Source of the DNA: Minisyncoccia bacterium
GTDB taxonomy: Bacteria > Patescibacteriota > Minisyncoccia > Phycocordibacterales > UBA918
Direction: 5' to 3'
NCBI GenBank assembly: GCA_964229335.1
Contig: CAXRCZ010000001.1
Span: 742 to 64,741 of the forward strand
DNA: 64,000 nucleotides
Shown piece after piece: positions 8,480-16,248 of this stretch. Positions within the stretch are counted from its first letter, which is position 1. Every line of letters starts with the position of its first letter. The position numbers and the translations under genes were made by a program. The notes beneath the pieces are model-generated. The model was not told where the DNA came from. It saw only the letters and a program-made list of their open reading frames with translations, and did no database searches.

Positions 8480-8543
8480 GCAGAGAGTGTAGCACGCACG
8501 ACGACAAATTGTAGCGTTACCAGCAAAGTGAGTCACTGTATTG

Positions 8544-9500
8544 TCACCAACCAAGTACTTCAGGGTTTTGGATTATGAGTGCAATAGCGATTGAAACTAT
8601 AAGACCTAGCAGTAGTTTGAGTAAGTCTTTCCCAACAATGGGAAATACGTGTTTGAACTTGTAGTCTTTGGCTCTGGTCGACATCGCTAACTCTCGCCCA
8701 CTCAAGAGACCGATAAAAACCCACGTGGTAGACATCGGAATGCTGTTCATCTCTTTAAATATTAAAAGAATGATGGCGTAGGTAAAATCAATAATAGTGG
8801 CGCTACGTAAATAGTTAGTGCTAGTTTTCTCAAGTACCACCTTCTGAATCCTGCCACCACGCTGCGACAGGATATAGCCGAGCCCAACCACAAACACTGT
8901 CAGGACAGCAAAAAATTGATAAAGGGTAAGTTCTCGAGGTAAGAAGACAGCGATATTAGCTATGTCATGTGACAACCAGGTATACCACAAAAAACCAGTT
9001 GCTCCCCACTGACACACTCGCCAGATTTTCTCTTTGTCTACTGCTACAGGATTTCTTTTATTATCCCAATCAAAAATAACAATCCAAAGCACATAGGCTA
9101 CAACTCCAGCTATCAGATACCCTAATGCTGATTTTAATAAAATACTTTCAAATACTAGCGAGGAAGCAAACGCGCTTAGTACAAGAAGCGAGGTGGAGGC
9201 GGGTATACCAAAACGAGTCAAGGCCACCAACACTAGCGGGGCTAAAACGTGATACCACTGTATTTCTACATATGGTATTTTTTCTAACCTACCAGAAGCA
9301 ATATCTCCAATATCACCTGTGAAATAACTTATAGATAAAGTTATTACTAAAATTGTGGCTGTATAAAGCCACAAGTAGTACCATTTTATTTTTTGATTAG
9401 AGGCGATGTACGTACCGAGAGTTTGGATACTGTCATTCCCAATCACCGCATAGGCGGCCAAGAGGAAACCGATTAGCATCCAGAGTATCGATATTTCCAT
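8544..9500 (-). CDS. polytopic membrane transporter, possibly a distant PiT/PHO4-like phosphate permease
   Basis: 318 aa with many TM segments. VIGNDSIQTLGT and LSHDIANIA loosely resemble the duplicated GxNDxxN motifs of the PiT family. The function call is weak. Confidence 0.4.
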   Translation of the reverse strand: MEISILWMLIGFLLAAYAVIGNDSIQTLGTYIASNQKIKWYYLWLYTATILVITLSISYFTGDIGDIASGRLEKIPYVEIQWYHVLAPLVLVALTRFGIPASTSLLVLSAFASSLVFESILLKSALGYLIAGVVAYVLWIVIFDWDNKRNPVAVDKEKIWRVCQWGATGFLWYTWLSHDIANIAVFLPRELTLYQFFAVLTVFVVGLGYILSQRGGRIQKVVLEKTSTNYLRSATIIDFTYAIILLIFKEMNSIPMSTTWVFIGLLSGRELAMSTRAKDYKFKHVFPIVGKDLLKLLLGLIVSIAIALIIQNPEVLGW

Positions 9501-9568
9501 TACTCAGATACTACCATATAATAAGAAACTAATTAGAGAGAGTATGGTATGAAGTAAATGCATTTTTA

Positions 9569-10426
9569 CTAATACTGATGATTTACTATGCTTTTGATCT
9601 GCCAAGGTCTCAACAAAAAAGCCGACCATATAAAACACGAATCAGCGCCGGCTTCGAGATATTTTTCTGCGTCCTTATTAGACAGAATTCCGCCGCCGCC
9701 ATTTATCGGTTTTCTAATACCTGCAGCGCGTAGCTGGCGTATGAAATAGAGATTATGTTCTAACAAAGGTCTGCCGGATAGACCTCCTTTAAGTGTCTGT
9801 CTGGTATTACTAAAACAAAAAGCGTCTAAGGAAGAGGATTTTTCATAGACAATGAAGTCATTTAAGGGTGTTTCAGGAGACAGCTTAAGCATGACCGGCT
9901 TATCCCAGTTCTTAAATATTTCTAGCGCTTGAATGATTTCTTCTGTACTTACACGGTCTGCCTTGTCTAGATTAGGACAAGAATAGTTTATCTGAATTCC
10001 ATAAGGAGCTGAGAAGCTTTCATTATCCAAGATGTACCTGATTTCTGAAAGATCAGCCAGTCTCTTTTTGGCAGACTCTGACACACTCCCAACGGATATA
10101 AAGAACGGATTTCGTAAGTTTTGCAATCTATTACTTCTAAGTACTGCTGATAAGCCAGGATTAGAGAGAGCAAACTTGTTAGTAACAGACCTCTTGAGTG
10201 GGTTGACATTTAAAGTCTCTGGAATCACCCGAGCCGGTTGAAAATCTGACCTTAAAAGAACGTTTCCGGAATTTGCCTTTAAAGTTATCGTTTTTGTCAC
10301 AAAAGTAAGCTTTGGGTCATCTGCGTGTATTCTGCTAAAAGCAGTCCACCAATAACCCTCACCAGTAAATCCTAAAGCTCCTGCTCCGCACCAAACCTTA
10401 TTGAAGTTAATTCCTTTTAGCTGCAC
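9569..10426 (-). CDS. dihydroorotate dehydrogenase-like TIM-barrel flavoenzyme
   Basis: 285 aa. CGAGALGF, INYSCPN, KGGLSGRPL and INGGGGI match the DHOD/dihydropyrimidine dehydrogenase family motifs. Confidence 0.6.
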   Translation of the reverse strand: MQLKGINFNKVWCGAGALGFTGEGYWWTAFSRIHADDPKLTFVTKTITLKANSGNVLLRSDFQPARVIPETLNVNPLKRSVTNKFALSNPGLSAVLRSNRLQNLRNPFFISVGSVSESAKKRLADLSEIRYILDNESFSAPYGIQINYSCPNLDKADRVSTEEIIQALEIFKNWDKPVMLKLSPETPLNDFIVYEKSSSLDAFCFSNTRQTLKGGLSGRPLLEHNLYFIRQLRAAGIRKPINGGGGILSNKDAEKYLEAGADSCFIWSAFLLRPWQIKSIVNHQY

Positions 10427-10560
10427 TTAGATATAGTAGCAAATATGATCCGTGTAGATTGAATCAGGAATAGTTGTTACCCTCCGTTCAATAGGTGCAA
10501 GTTATTAACCAAGATAATTATTTTGTAGATATATCTGGTGGTGGTGCATCATCATGTGAT

Positions 10561-10752
10561 CTTGCCAGGAATCGGTCACCTATGGTTACTAACATCCCAT
10601 CCGTTAGGCGCAGGTTACTAAGTGTTCTCACGACACGTCGTTGCGAGCACTAAGTACCTGCTGCCCCAGCTCGCCTATTTTCTCGCTAGGATTTGCGAGA
10701 AAATTATGGCTCCGCTTCACAAAGCCGTGCGCAAGCAAAGCAGTTTGCTTGC
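10561..10752 (-). repeat. structured tRNA-Arg-trailing element, copy B
   Basis: Read on the minus strand, which is the sense of the adjacent tRNA. Hairpin GCAAGCAAA-CTGC-TTTGCTTGC is at + coordinates 10731-10752. Hairpin ATTTTCTCGC-AAATCCTA-GCGAGAAAAT is at 10677-10704. GTACTTAG (10650-10657) is followed by the hairpin at 10623-10649 and then CTTAGTAAC (10614-10622). The order and spacing match copy A. Confidence 0.5.
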
Positions 10753-10757
10753 TCCAA

Positions 10758-10793
10758 CCAAAAACCCTAGTCTCTAGAGACTAGGGTTTTTGG
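10758..10793. terminator. palindromic terminator-like hairpin after tRNA-Arg(GCG)
   Basis: CCAAAAACCCTAGTCTC-TAGA-GACTAGGGTTTTTGG. Confidence 0.6.
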
Positions 10794-10806
10794 TTGTTCG
10801 TCTTTG

Positions 10807-10878
10807 TGCTCTCGCCAGGAATCGAACCTGGAGCGCTGGTACCGCAAACCAGCATTTTATCCATTAAACTACGAGAGC
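10807..10878 (-). tRNA. tRNA-Arg (anticodon GCG)
   Basis: The reverse strand reads GCTCTCG-TA-GTTTAATGGATAAAA... Anticodon stem CTGGT/ACCAG carries loop TTGCGGT. T arm is CCAGG-TTCGATT-CCTGG. The 3' acceptor strand is CGAGAGC plus discriminator A. Confidence 0.85.
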
Positions 10879-11018
10879 GAGTGAGGAGGAGAATCTGAGC
10901 AAGCTCAGATTCTCTCTCCGAATGAAGCTCGGGCAAGAAATTTTGCGAAACGAAGTGAAGCAAAAGTTTCTTACAAGAGCAAGCGAAGGGTGTAACCATT
11001 CGTGCGCCACATCTTACC

Positions 11019-11489
11019 CTAAAAGCCAAATATTTCCAGTATTTTTAACAAGAGCGGCTCACGTAATTCTTCTTCATCTACGCGCTCTTTCAAAAAATCT
11101 TCAATGTCATCAACGTGTTCTGGTGGAATTGGCATCACTAATAATTGAGCAATGCGGCGGTTTGTCTGCAACAAGAGCTGAGGCCCGCGTGGGTCTTCTT
11201 CGTCTATATGGTACGCGGTGAGGCTAGTATACGGATATAGCACACCTTCTACTTTTACCCCCCTAACCGAAATTCCATAGGGAACAATGTCCGGTCGCTT
11301 GGCGGCAGAGATGGCGATTACCCCCGCTGCTACACCTATCAATAAAGCAAACATTACATTGTTAAACAGTATGGCCGCAATTACTAAGGCGGTGGCAATA
11401 ATAGCTAACGCAAAAAACCAATCATTGCCCTTTTCGACATGATGGTGTTGTGGCGCCTCCCAAGTAATTGAGCGTGGTGAACCTTCCAT
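11019..11489 (-). CDS. two-TM membrane protein with a cytoplasmic C-terminal domain, function unknown
   Basis: The start is taken at the internal MEGSPRS. Two adjacent TM helices (FFALAIIATALVIAAILF and FALLIGVAAGVIAISA) are followed by a roughly 90-aa soluble domain. Confidence 0.55.
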   Translation of the reverse strand: MEGSPRSITWEAPQHHHVEKGNDWFFALAIIATALVIAAILFNNVMFALLIGVAAGVIAISAAKRPDIVPYGISVRGVKVEGVLYPYTSLTAYHIDEEDPRGPQLLLQTNRRIAQLLVMPIPPEHVDDIEDFLKERVDEEELREPLLLKILEIFGF

Positions 11490-11600
11490 TTTTGAAATTG
11501 TAGCACGACATATATGGCGCCAGTGACAAGTCACTAAAGTTTTGTTACTATCTTTCGCACCTTATAGCGAGGTTGGCTTTGGCTCTTAGAACGAGAGACA

Positions 11601-11748
11601 AATACAGGAGGGATGGCTGAGTGGAAGAAATATGAACTGCTTCATGTTTCTTCCGTTCCGCGATCAGCGGACACGCGATGTGAGCGATAGCGAACCAGCG
11701 TGAGGTGGACGAAATCTTCGACCACCTGCAAACCACAATAGAATACAC
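11601..11748 (+). pseudogene. partial duplicate of the tRNA-Ser 5' end plus a hairpin-rich 124-nt spacer
   Basis: AATACAGGAGGGATGGCTGAGTGG (11601-11624) repeats AATACACGGAGGGATGGCTGAGTGG (11742-11766) with one indel. No matching 3' acceptor strand follows. The spacer holds hairpins at 11623-11654, 11658-11670 and 11704-11726. Confidence 0.6.
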
Positions 11749-11835
11749 GGAGGGATGGCTGAGTGGTCGAAGGCGCTTGTCTTGAAAACAAGAGACTCTT
11801 TACGGGGTCCGTGGGTTCGAATCCCACTCCCTCCG
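11749..11835 (+). tRNA. tRNA-Ser (anticodon TGA)
   Basis: Acceptor stem is GGAGGGA/TCCCTCC. Anticodon stem CTTGT/ACAAG carries loop CTTGAAA. The long variable arm is GAGACTCTTTACGGGGTC. T arm is GTGGG-TTCGAAT-CCCAC and the discriminator is G. Confidence 0.9.
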
Positions 11836-11842
11836 CTTGTTG

Positions 11843-11869
11843 AAAATACTACCGAAAGGTAGTTATTTT
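11843..11869 (+). terminator. terminator-like hairpin after tRNA-Ser
   Basis: AAAATACTACC-GAAA-GGTAGTTATTTT, with one bulged T. Confidence 0.5.
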
Positions 11870-12098
11870 CTTAAGTGGAGGGAGAAGAAAGCGTGGGACG
11901 CTTTCTGTTGGGATTCGAAGAGGTTAGTCAGATATTTTGTGAGCAGAGCGAATAAAAATATCGACAACCTGTACTGCTCCTGTAAGGAGAGAAATTCCCA
12001 CTCCAACACATAAAGTCATGGAATTGAAAGATTTTCAGAATAACAACCGTGCTATAATCAGACTCTAGAATACGCTCATACTGGCAAGGAGAACATTC

Positions 12099-12347
12099 AT
12101 GAGCAACGTACCTGAAAGCTTTGACCAAATTTTGGATGGATGGCAACCAAAGTGGTATTATCGCTGGTTTCCATTCTTGCCGAGATTAATTCACAATAAG
12201 CAGCTACGACTTCTCACCGTACTTTGGCGCGACTGTGGTTACACCGCCAAATCGGTAGGAAAGCCTCATTTCATAGATTATCTCGTAGCACACCACGAGA
12301 CGCCGTGGTACAAGCTTAAGGTGGCTGGATTTCAGATTTGGTACTGA
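12099..12347 (+). CDS. hypothetical 82-aa Trp/aromatic-rich protein
   Basis: The ORF is followed directly by a good intrinsic terminator. I recognise no motif. Confidence 0.45.
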   Translation: MSNVPESFDQILDGWQPKWYYRWFPFLPRLIHNKQLRLLTVLWRDCGYTAKSVGKPHFIDYLVAHHETPWYKLKVAGFQIWY

Positions 12348-12350
12348 GTG

Positions 12351-12387
12351 CTTCCCGCACGTCAATTATCAATAGGCGTGCGGGAAG
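12351..12387 (+). terminator. intrinsic terminator
   Basis: CTTCCCGCACG-(15-nt loop)-CGTGCGGGAAG, followed by ATTTATT. Confidence 0.65.
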
Positions 12388-12458
12388 ATTTATTAAAAAA
12401 GTAAAGTTAAACGAGGCAAACTAATCTTTTTTTTAGTATACATAACAATTCTACATTA

Positions 12459-12487
12459 TTGACTTTATGTCAAATATATGCTATTAT
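12459..12487 (+). promoter_or_regulatory. sigma-70-like promoter for the hydrolase gene
   Basis: TTGACT (12459-12464), a 17-nt spacer, then TATTAT (12482-12487). Confidence 0.5.
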
Positions 12488-12501
12488 ATAGATAGTCCCC
12501 G

Positions 12502-12523
12502 CCTGACGAGATTCCTCGTCAGG
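12502..12523 (+). promoter_or_regulatory. leader hairpin (terminator-like) between the promoter and the start codon
   Basis: CCTGACGAG-ATTC-CTCGTCAGG followed by TTCACGTTTTT. It lies 25 nt upstream of the ATG at 12549. Confidence 0.4.
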
Positions 12524-12548
12524 TTCACGTTTTTAAAGGATCTTTGAA

Positions 12549-13865
12549 ATGTCTACCATAAACCTAGCCGGTCCGTTGCCGGGTAGTCGGCAATGGTCAT
12601 ATTTTCAGCTCCCTACAAAGCAGGAGTGGGCGGAATATTTTGGCACCTTGCGAGAGTTGAGTTTTCTCACTTTCGTTATGCTGACTGTCTTGGGTGCGTT
12701 AGTCTTGTCCTCTCTGTCCAGTAGGGCGGAGGGTATGGCCAGCCCGCCTATAGCAAGTGGCTATATCGCTCGGCCGGTGACGGAGTACGACACTCCTCCG
12801 GTCAAAGTCGATCCGCTCAACTGGCTCGACGGACAAGTTACCCGTAAGGGTAGTCCGAAAGCTGTAGCTGGTGCTTACGAATACGCCACACGTAGTGGAT
12901 ACGTTTTCGCAACCAATGATGCTGAGCTCGATCAATTGGTCGGTAACGGCACGTTGGTAGAGCTCGAGGGTCCATACCTTGAGCTAGTCGACGTGTCGAC
13001 TCCGTATGTCCTGCCGGTAGTGAAGCAATTCGCTAATCGGCTGGCGTTCCAATACGCCAGTAAGGGCTGCGGGAAGTTGGTCGTCACCAGTGCCGTTCGG
13101 ACTATCGAGTATCAGCAAACGTTGGAAAACGGAAGCGGAGACTCGGTTCATCCGACCGGTATGGCGCTCGACTTGCGACGGAACACTCCTCAAGAAAATA
13201 ATAATGAGGAAGTGTTTTGCCACCAATGGCTCGAGGATACCCTGCTTGCCATCGAAGGCGACCGCCGCTTGGACGTCACTCTAGAGGATCACCCTCGCCA
13301 CTTTCACGTGGTGGTGGTGCCGAAGGAGTATCAAGCGTGGCTCGACCAGCAGTCGACCGATATCGATTCTGAAATCGAGTTTCTGGCTATGGCGCTCTTT
13401 TTCGAAGGAGCGTTCGATGAGTCGTATAAAGGATATCAAGCGATTGCTGCGGTCATTAAAAACCGCGTGCGTTCGAGTGAATATCCCAACACGATTGTCG
13501 AGGTGGTGGCTGAAGGAGCAGCGGGTCGCTATACGGGCTCGTGTCAATTCTCCTTCATGTGTGATGGAAAGGTTGAGCGCCGAGAGGAGCTTTGCCGGAC
13601 CGGAACACAGCAACCATCTGCCCATATGCTCGAGAAGTGCGAAAAGCGTTGGAAGAAGGTCGTCAGACTGGCGAAACGTTTCATCGCCTCGGAAGCGGAT
13701 CCCACGCGCGGTGCTGTCCTGTATTACACAGGCAAAACGCCGTACTGGGCCGCCTCTGATATGCGCGGTCCGAAGCGAAAGATTGGCAGCCATTGGTTTG
13801 CCTGTTCGCGACATCGTGGCGACGACGCTTGTACTTGGGTTCCCAAGAAGAAACGTCGTGGCTAA
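12549..13865 (+). CDS. membrane-anchored bifunctional cell-wall hydrolase: LAS/M15-type metallopeptidase-like domain plus SleB-like domain
   Basis: 438 aa with a TM segment (LSFLTFVMLTVLGALVLSSL). SAVRTIEYQ, DSVHPTGMALDL and HPRHFHVVV fit the SxHxxGxAxD and trailing His motifs of LAS/M15 peptidases. In the C-terminal part, LAMALFFEG...AIAAVIKNRV...QFSFMCDG fits SleB-type cell-wall hydrolases. The sequence is visibly richer in G+C than its neighbours. Confidence 0.65.
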   Translation: MSTINLAGPLPGSRQWSYFQLPTKQEWAEYFGTLRELSFLTFVMLTVLGALVLSSLSSRAEGMASPPIASGYIARPVTEYDTPPVKVDPLNWLDGQVTRKGSPKAVAGAYEYATRSGYVFATNDAELDQLVGNGTLVELEGPYLELVDVSTPYVLPVVKQFANRLAFQYASKGCGKLVVTSAVRTIEYQQTLENGSGDSVHPTGMALDLRRNTPQENNNEEVFCHQWLEDTLLAIEGDRRLDVTLEDHPRHFHVVVVPKEYQAWLDQQSTDIDSEIEFLAMALFFEGAFDESYKGYQAIAAVIKNRVRSSEYPNTIVEVVAEGAAGRYTGSCQFSFMCDGKVERREELCRTGTQQPSAHMLEKCEKRWKKVVRLAKRFIASEADPTRGAVLYYTGKTPYWAASDMRGPKRKIGSHWFACSRHRGDDACTWVPKKKRRG

Positions 13866-13951
13866 GCTGTGTAATTTCAATTGCCAGCAATGGTAAGACT
13901 ATACGGGCTTCACCTCGACCTTGTGTCGGGTGGAGCCCTTTTTCTTTGTCC

Positions 13952-13978
13952 GGAATTATATATTTAATTATATAATTC
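13952..13978. repeat. A+T-only hairpin element, copy 2 (reverse complement of 1053-1080)
   Basis: GGAATTATATATTTAATTATATAATTC. Confidence 0.8.
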
Positions 13979-13986
13979 TTGCATAT

Positions 13987-14020
13987 AAAAAACGTCGCGA
14001 GTTCTCTCGCGGCGTTTTTT
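13987..14020. terminator. bidirectional intrinsic terminator
   Basis: AAAAAACGTCGCGAG-TTCT-CTCGCGGCGTTTTTT, just downstream of rpsT. Confidence 0.7.
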
Positions 14021-14028
14021 CCCATTAT

Positions 14029-14298
14029 TTACTTAGTGTCAGCTTTCTTGATGCGGGCGCTGAGGCGTGATTTCTTGCGGGCGGCGGTGTTTTCTTTGAT
14101 AACTCCTCGCTTGGCTGCCTTGTCGATAGCTTTGTAGGCAGTCGGCAAAAGTTCTTTGGCTTTTGCAACATCACCAGCGGCAGCGGCTTTGGTGATTTTT
14201 TTGGTCACCTCTTTCATAGCACTCTTGCGACGCAGGTTGAAAATACGCTTGCGCTCTGATTGCCGATGGGCTTTTTCTGCTCCTTTAGTAATTGGCAT
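14029..14298 (-). CDS. rpsT: 30S ribosomal protein S20
   Basis: MPITKGAEKAHRQSERKRIFNLRRKS...AAKRGVIKENTAARKKSRL is the typical S20 sequence pattern. The start is taken at the second ATG. Confidence 0.9.
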   Translation of the reverse strand: MPITKGAEKAHRQSERKRIFNLRRKSAMKEVTKKITKAAAAGDVAKAKELLPTAYKAIDKAAKRGVIKENTAARKKSRLSARIKKADTK

Positions 14299-14388
14299 AT
14301 ACAATAAATTTAAGTGGGGATACTCTACCTCACTCCCCTAAAAAAGGCAAGGGTCAACGGACTATTATGAATACGGTACAATAGAGAC

Positions 14389-14964
14389 ATGATACGGTCA
14401 CTTACTGGAGAAATTGCCAACATTACAGAACAGTCAGTTACGGTGGTAATTCAGGGTATTGGTTATCTGGTTGCCACTCCACACACTACTGATTTTGCCA
14501 TTGGCGACATTGTCACTTTTCACACTCATCTGGCAGTGCGGGAAAACGCCCTAGATTTATATGGTTTTGCTAGCGAAGCTGAGCTTGATATATTTGAACT
14601 CTTGCTAAGTGTGCCTAAAATCGGGCCGAAGTCAGGATTGCAAATCCTGACCCAAGCCACCCCCTCCCTGCTACTCACCGCCATTCATAAAAATGACCCC
14701 GCTCACTTGCATAAGCTTTCGGGTATCGGAAAAAAAACCTGCGAAAACGTGGTCCGCGCCTTGGAAGGAAAAGCGGAAAACATCGCCCTTGCTGGTCGAG
14801 TTGATTCTGAACATAGTTCACTAAGCAACGCGCAAACTGACGCTATTGATGCTTTGGTCGCACTAGGATACGACCTCTCTACGGCGCGTGACACCATCAT
14901 GGCGCTGAAAGAAGATGGGGCTACCGCTAACGGTCTGGTAGCAAAAGCTTTGAAAAACATCTAA
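14389..14964 (+). CDS. ruvA: Holliday junction branch-migration complex subunit RuvA
   Basis: MIRSLTGEI...GIGYLV...FGF...ELDIFELLLSVPKIGPKSGLQIL...LSGIGKKT shows the OB fold followed by tandem HhH motifs. Confidence 0.9.
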   Translation: MIRSLTGEIANITEQSVTVVIQGIGYLVATPHTTDFAIGDIVTFHTHLAVRENALDLYGFASEAELDIFELLLSVPKIGPKSGLQILTQATPSLLLTAIHKNDPAHLHKLSGIGKKTCENVVRALEGKAENIALAGRVDSEHSSLSNAQTDAIDALVALGYDLSTARDTIMALKEDGATANGLVAKALKNI

Positions 14965-14973
14965 ACTTATCGT

Positions 14974-16248
14974 ATGGAACGGATTCTCTACTTTATAAAA
15001 CGACTAATTCCTAAGCCACTATTTAGAGCCTTGCAGCCTGTGTATCACTATTTACTAGCTTTTGTTGGTGCAGTTATCTATCGTTTCCCTTCACGTGAAT
15101 TAACGGTGATTGCCGTTACTGGCACCAAGGGTAAATCTACCGTTACCGAACTCATCGGCGCGCTGCTTCGAGCGGATGGAAAAAAAGTCGCCTCACTATC
15201 TACTATCCAGTTCACCTTTGATGAGAAAAAAGAACGTAATCTTTACAAGATGAGTGTACCGGGACGATTCTTTGTTCATAAATTTTTGCGCCGTGCAGTT
15301 AATACTGGCTGTCAGTACGTAGTGATGGAAATGACCTCTGAGGGAGCGCGGCAATTCCGTCATAAATTTGTATCGATGGACTGTTTGGTATTCACCAACC
15401 TGACACCAGAACATATTGAATCGCATGGCTCATTTCAAAATTATAAAAATGCTAAGTTGTCTTTAGCCCGTGCAGTAGCTAATTCTAGCAAACGACCAAG
15501 GATGCTGGTGGTAAATGCCGACGATGAGCACGCTGATGATTTTCTTAATTTTGAGGTGGAGAAAAAAGTTACGTACTCGTTGAGCGACCTCAGTCTCCAT
15601 AGTGAACATAAAGAAAGTGTCAGCTTGGTATACCAAGGAACTACTATCCGGGTACCGTTGGCTGGACTCTTTAATGTCTACAATGTACTAGCTGCCATTA
15701 AGACTGTCGCGCATTACGGTGTGTCACTAAAAACCTGTGAAAAGGCATTATTGTCACTGCCACCTATCGCCGGGCGAGTAGAGCAATTTAAGTCAGCTAA
15801 AGATGCGCAGAAGCAAATTACGGTAGTAGTTGACTATGCTCATACACCGGATTCACTCGAAAAGCTATATCAGGCCTTTCCAAATCTGCACAAGATTGCA
15901 GTGCTGGGAAACACTGGTGGTGGGCGTGACACTTGGAAACGACCGGAGATGGCGAGTATCGCAGAGCGCTACTGTGAGCATATATTTCTCACTAACGAAG
16001 ACCCGTATGATGAAAACCCACGCCAGATTGTAGCTGATATGGAAGCTGGTATCACTAACAAAGATAAATTGTCTATTATTATGGATCGCCGAGAAGCCAT
16101 CAGAGCTGCGATTGCTAGTGCACCGACCGGGGCTTGCGTGCTGGTATCTGGAAAAGGAACCGATCCATACATCATGGGACCGAAAGGTACGAGAGAACCT
16201 TGGAGTGATGCGGCAGTGGTGCAAGAACTGCTGGCAGAACTAGACTAA
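14974..16248 (+). CDS. murE: Mur ligase family enzyme, MurE-like
   Basis: VTGTKGKSTV (P-loop), EMTSEG, NLTPEHIESHGSFQNYKNAK and DYAHTPDSLEKLY match UDP-MurNAc-tripeptide synthetases. The N-terminal domain is short and hydrophobic. Confidence 0.7.
   Translation: MERILYFIKRLIPKPLFRALQPVYHYLLAFVGAVIYRFPSRELTVIAVTGTKGKSTVTELIGALLRADGKKVASLSTIQFTFDEKKERNLYKMSVPGRFFVHKFLRRAVNTGCQYVVMEMTSEGARQFRHKFVSMDCLVFTNLTPEHIESHGSFQNYKNAKLSLARAVANSSKRPRMLVVNADDEHADDFLNFEVEKKVTYSLSDLSLHSEHKESVSLVYQGTTIRVPLAGLFNVYNVLAAIKTVAHYGVSLKTCEKALLSLPPIAGRVEQFKSAKDAQKQITVVVDYAHTPDSLEKLYQAFPNLHKIAVLGNTGGGRDTWKRPEMASIAERYCEHIFLTNEDPYDENPRQIVADMEAGITNKDKLSIIMDRREAIRAAIASAPTGACVLVSGKGTDPYIMGPKGTREPWSDAAVVQELLAELD

Noticed and set aside
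8480-8554. 25-codon N-terminal extension of ruvX given in the ORF track.
   Set aside because: The YqgF signature begins at the internal Met (MRFLGIDYG). The extension overlaps the 3' end of the upstream transporter gene.
10781-11221. ORFs 10781..11029 (-) and 10922..11221 (+).
   Set aside because: The first runs through the tRNA-Arg(GCG) gene and hairpin-rich spacer. The second is antisense to the 11019..11489 gene. Neither has coding-like composition.
11548-11827. Minus-strand ORFs 11548..11748 and 11642..11827.
   Set aside because: They overlap the tRNA-Ser gene and its duplicated leader region, so the RNA features explain the sequence.
12699-14025. Multiple long ORFs on both strands (for example 13281..13880 -, 13417..13896 + and 13681..14025 -).
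   Set aside because: These are shadow ORFs typical of a G+C-rich coding region. Only the 12549..13865 frame carries recognisable hydrolase motifs.
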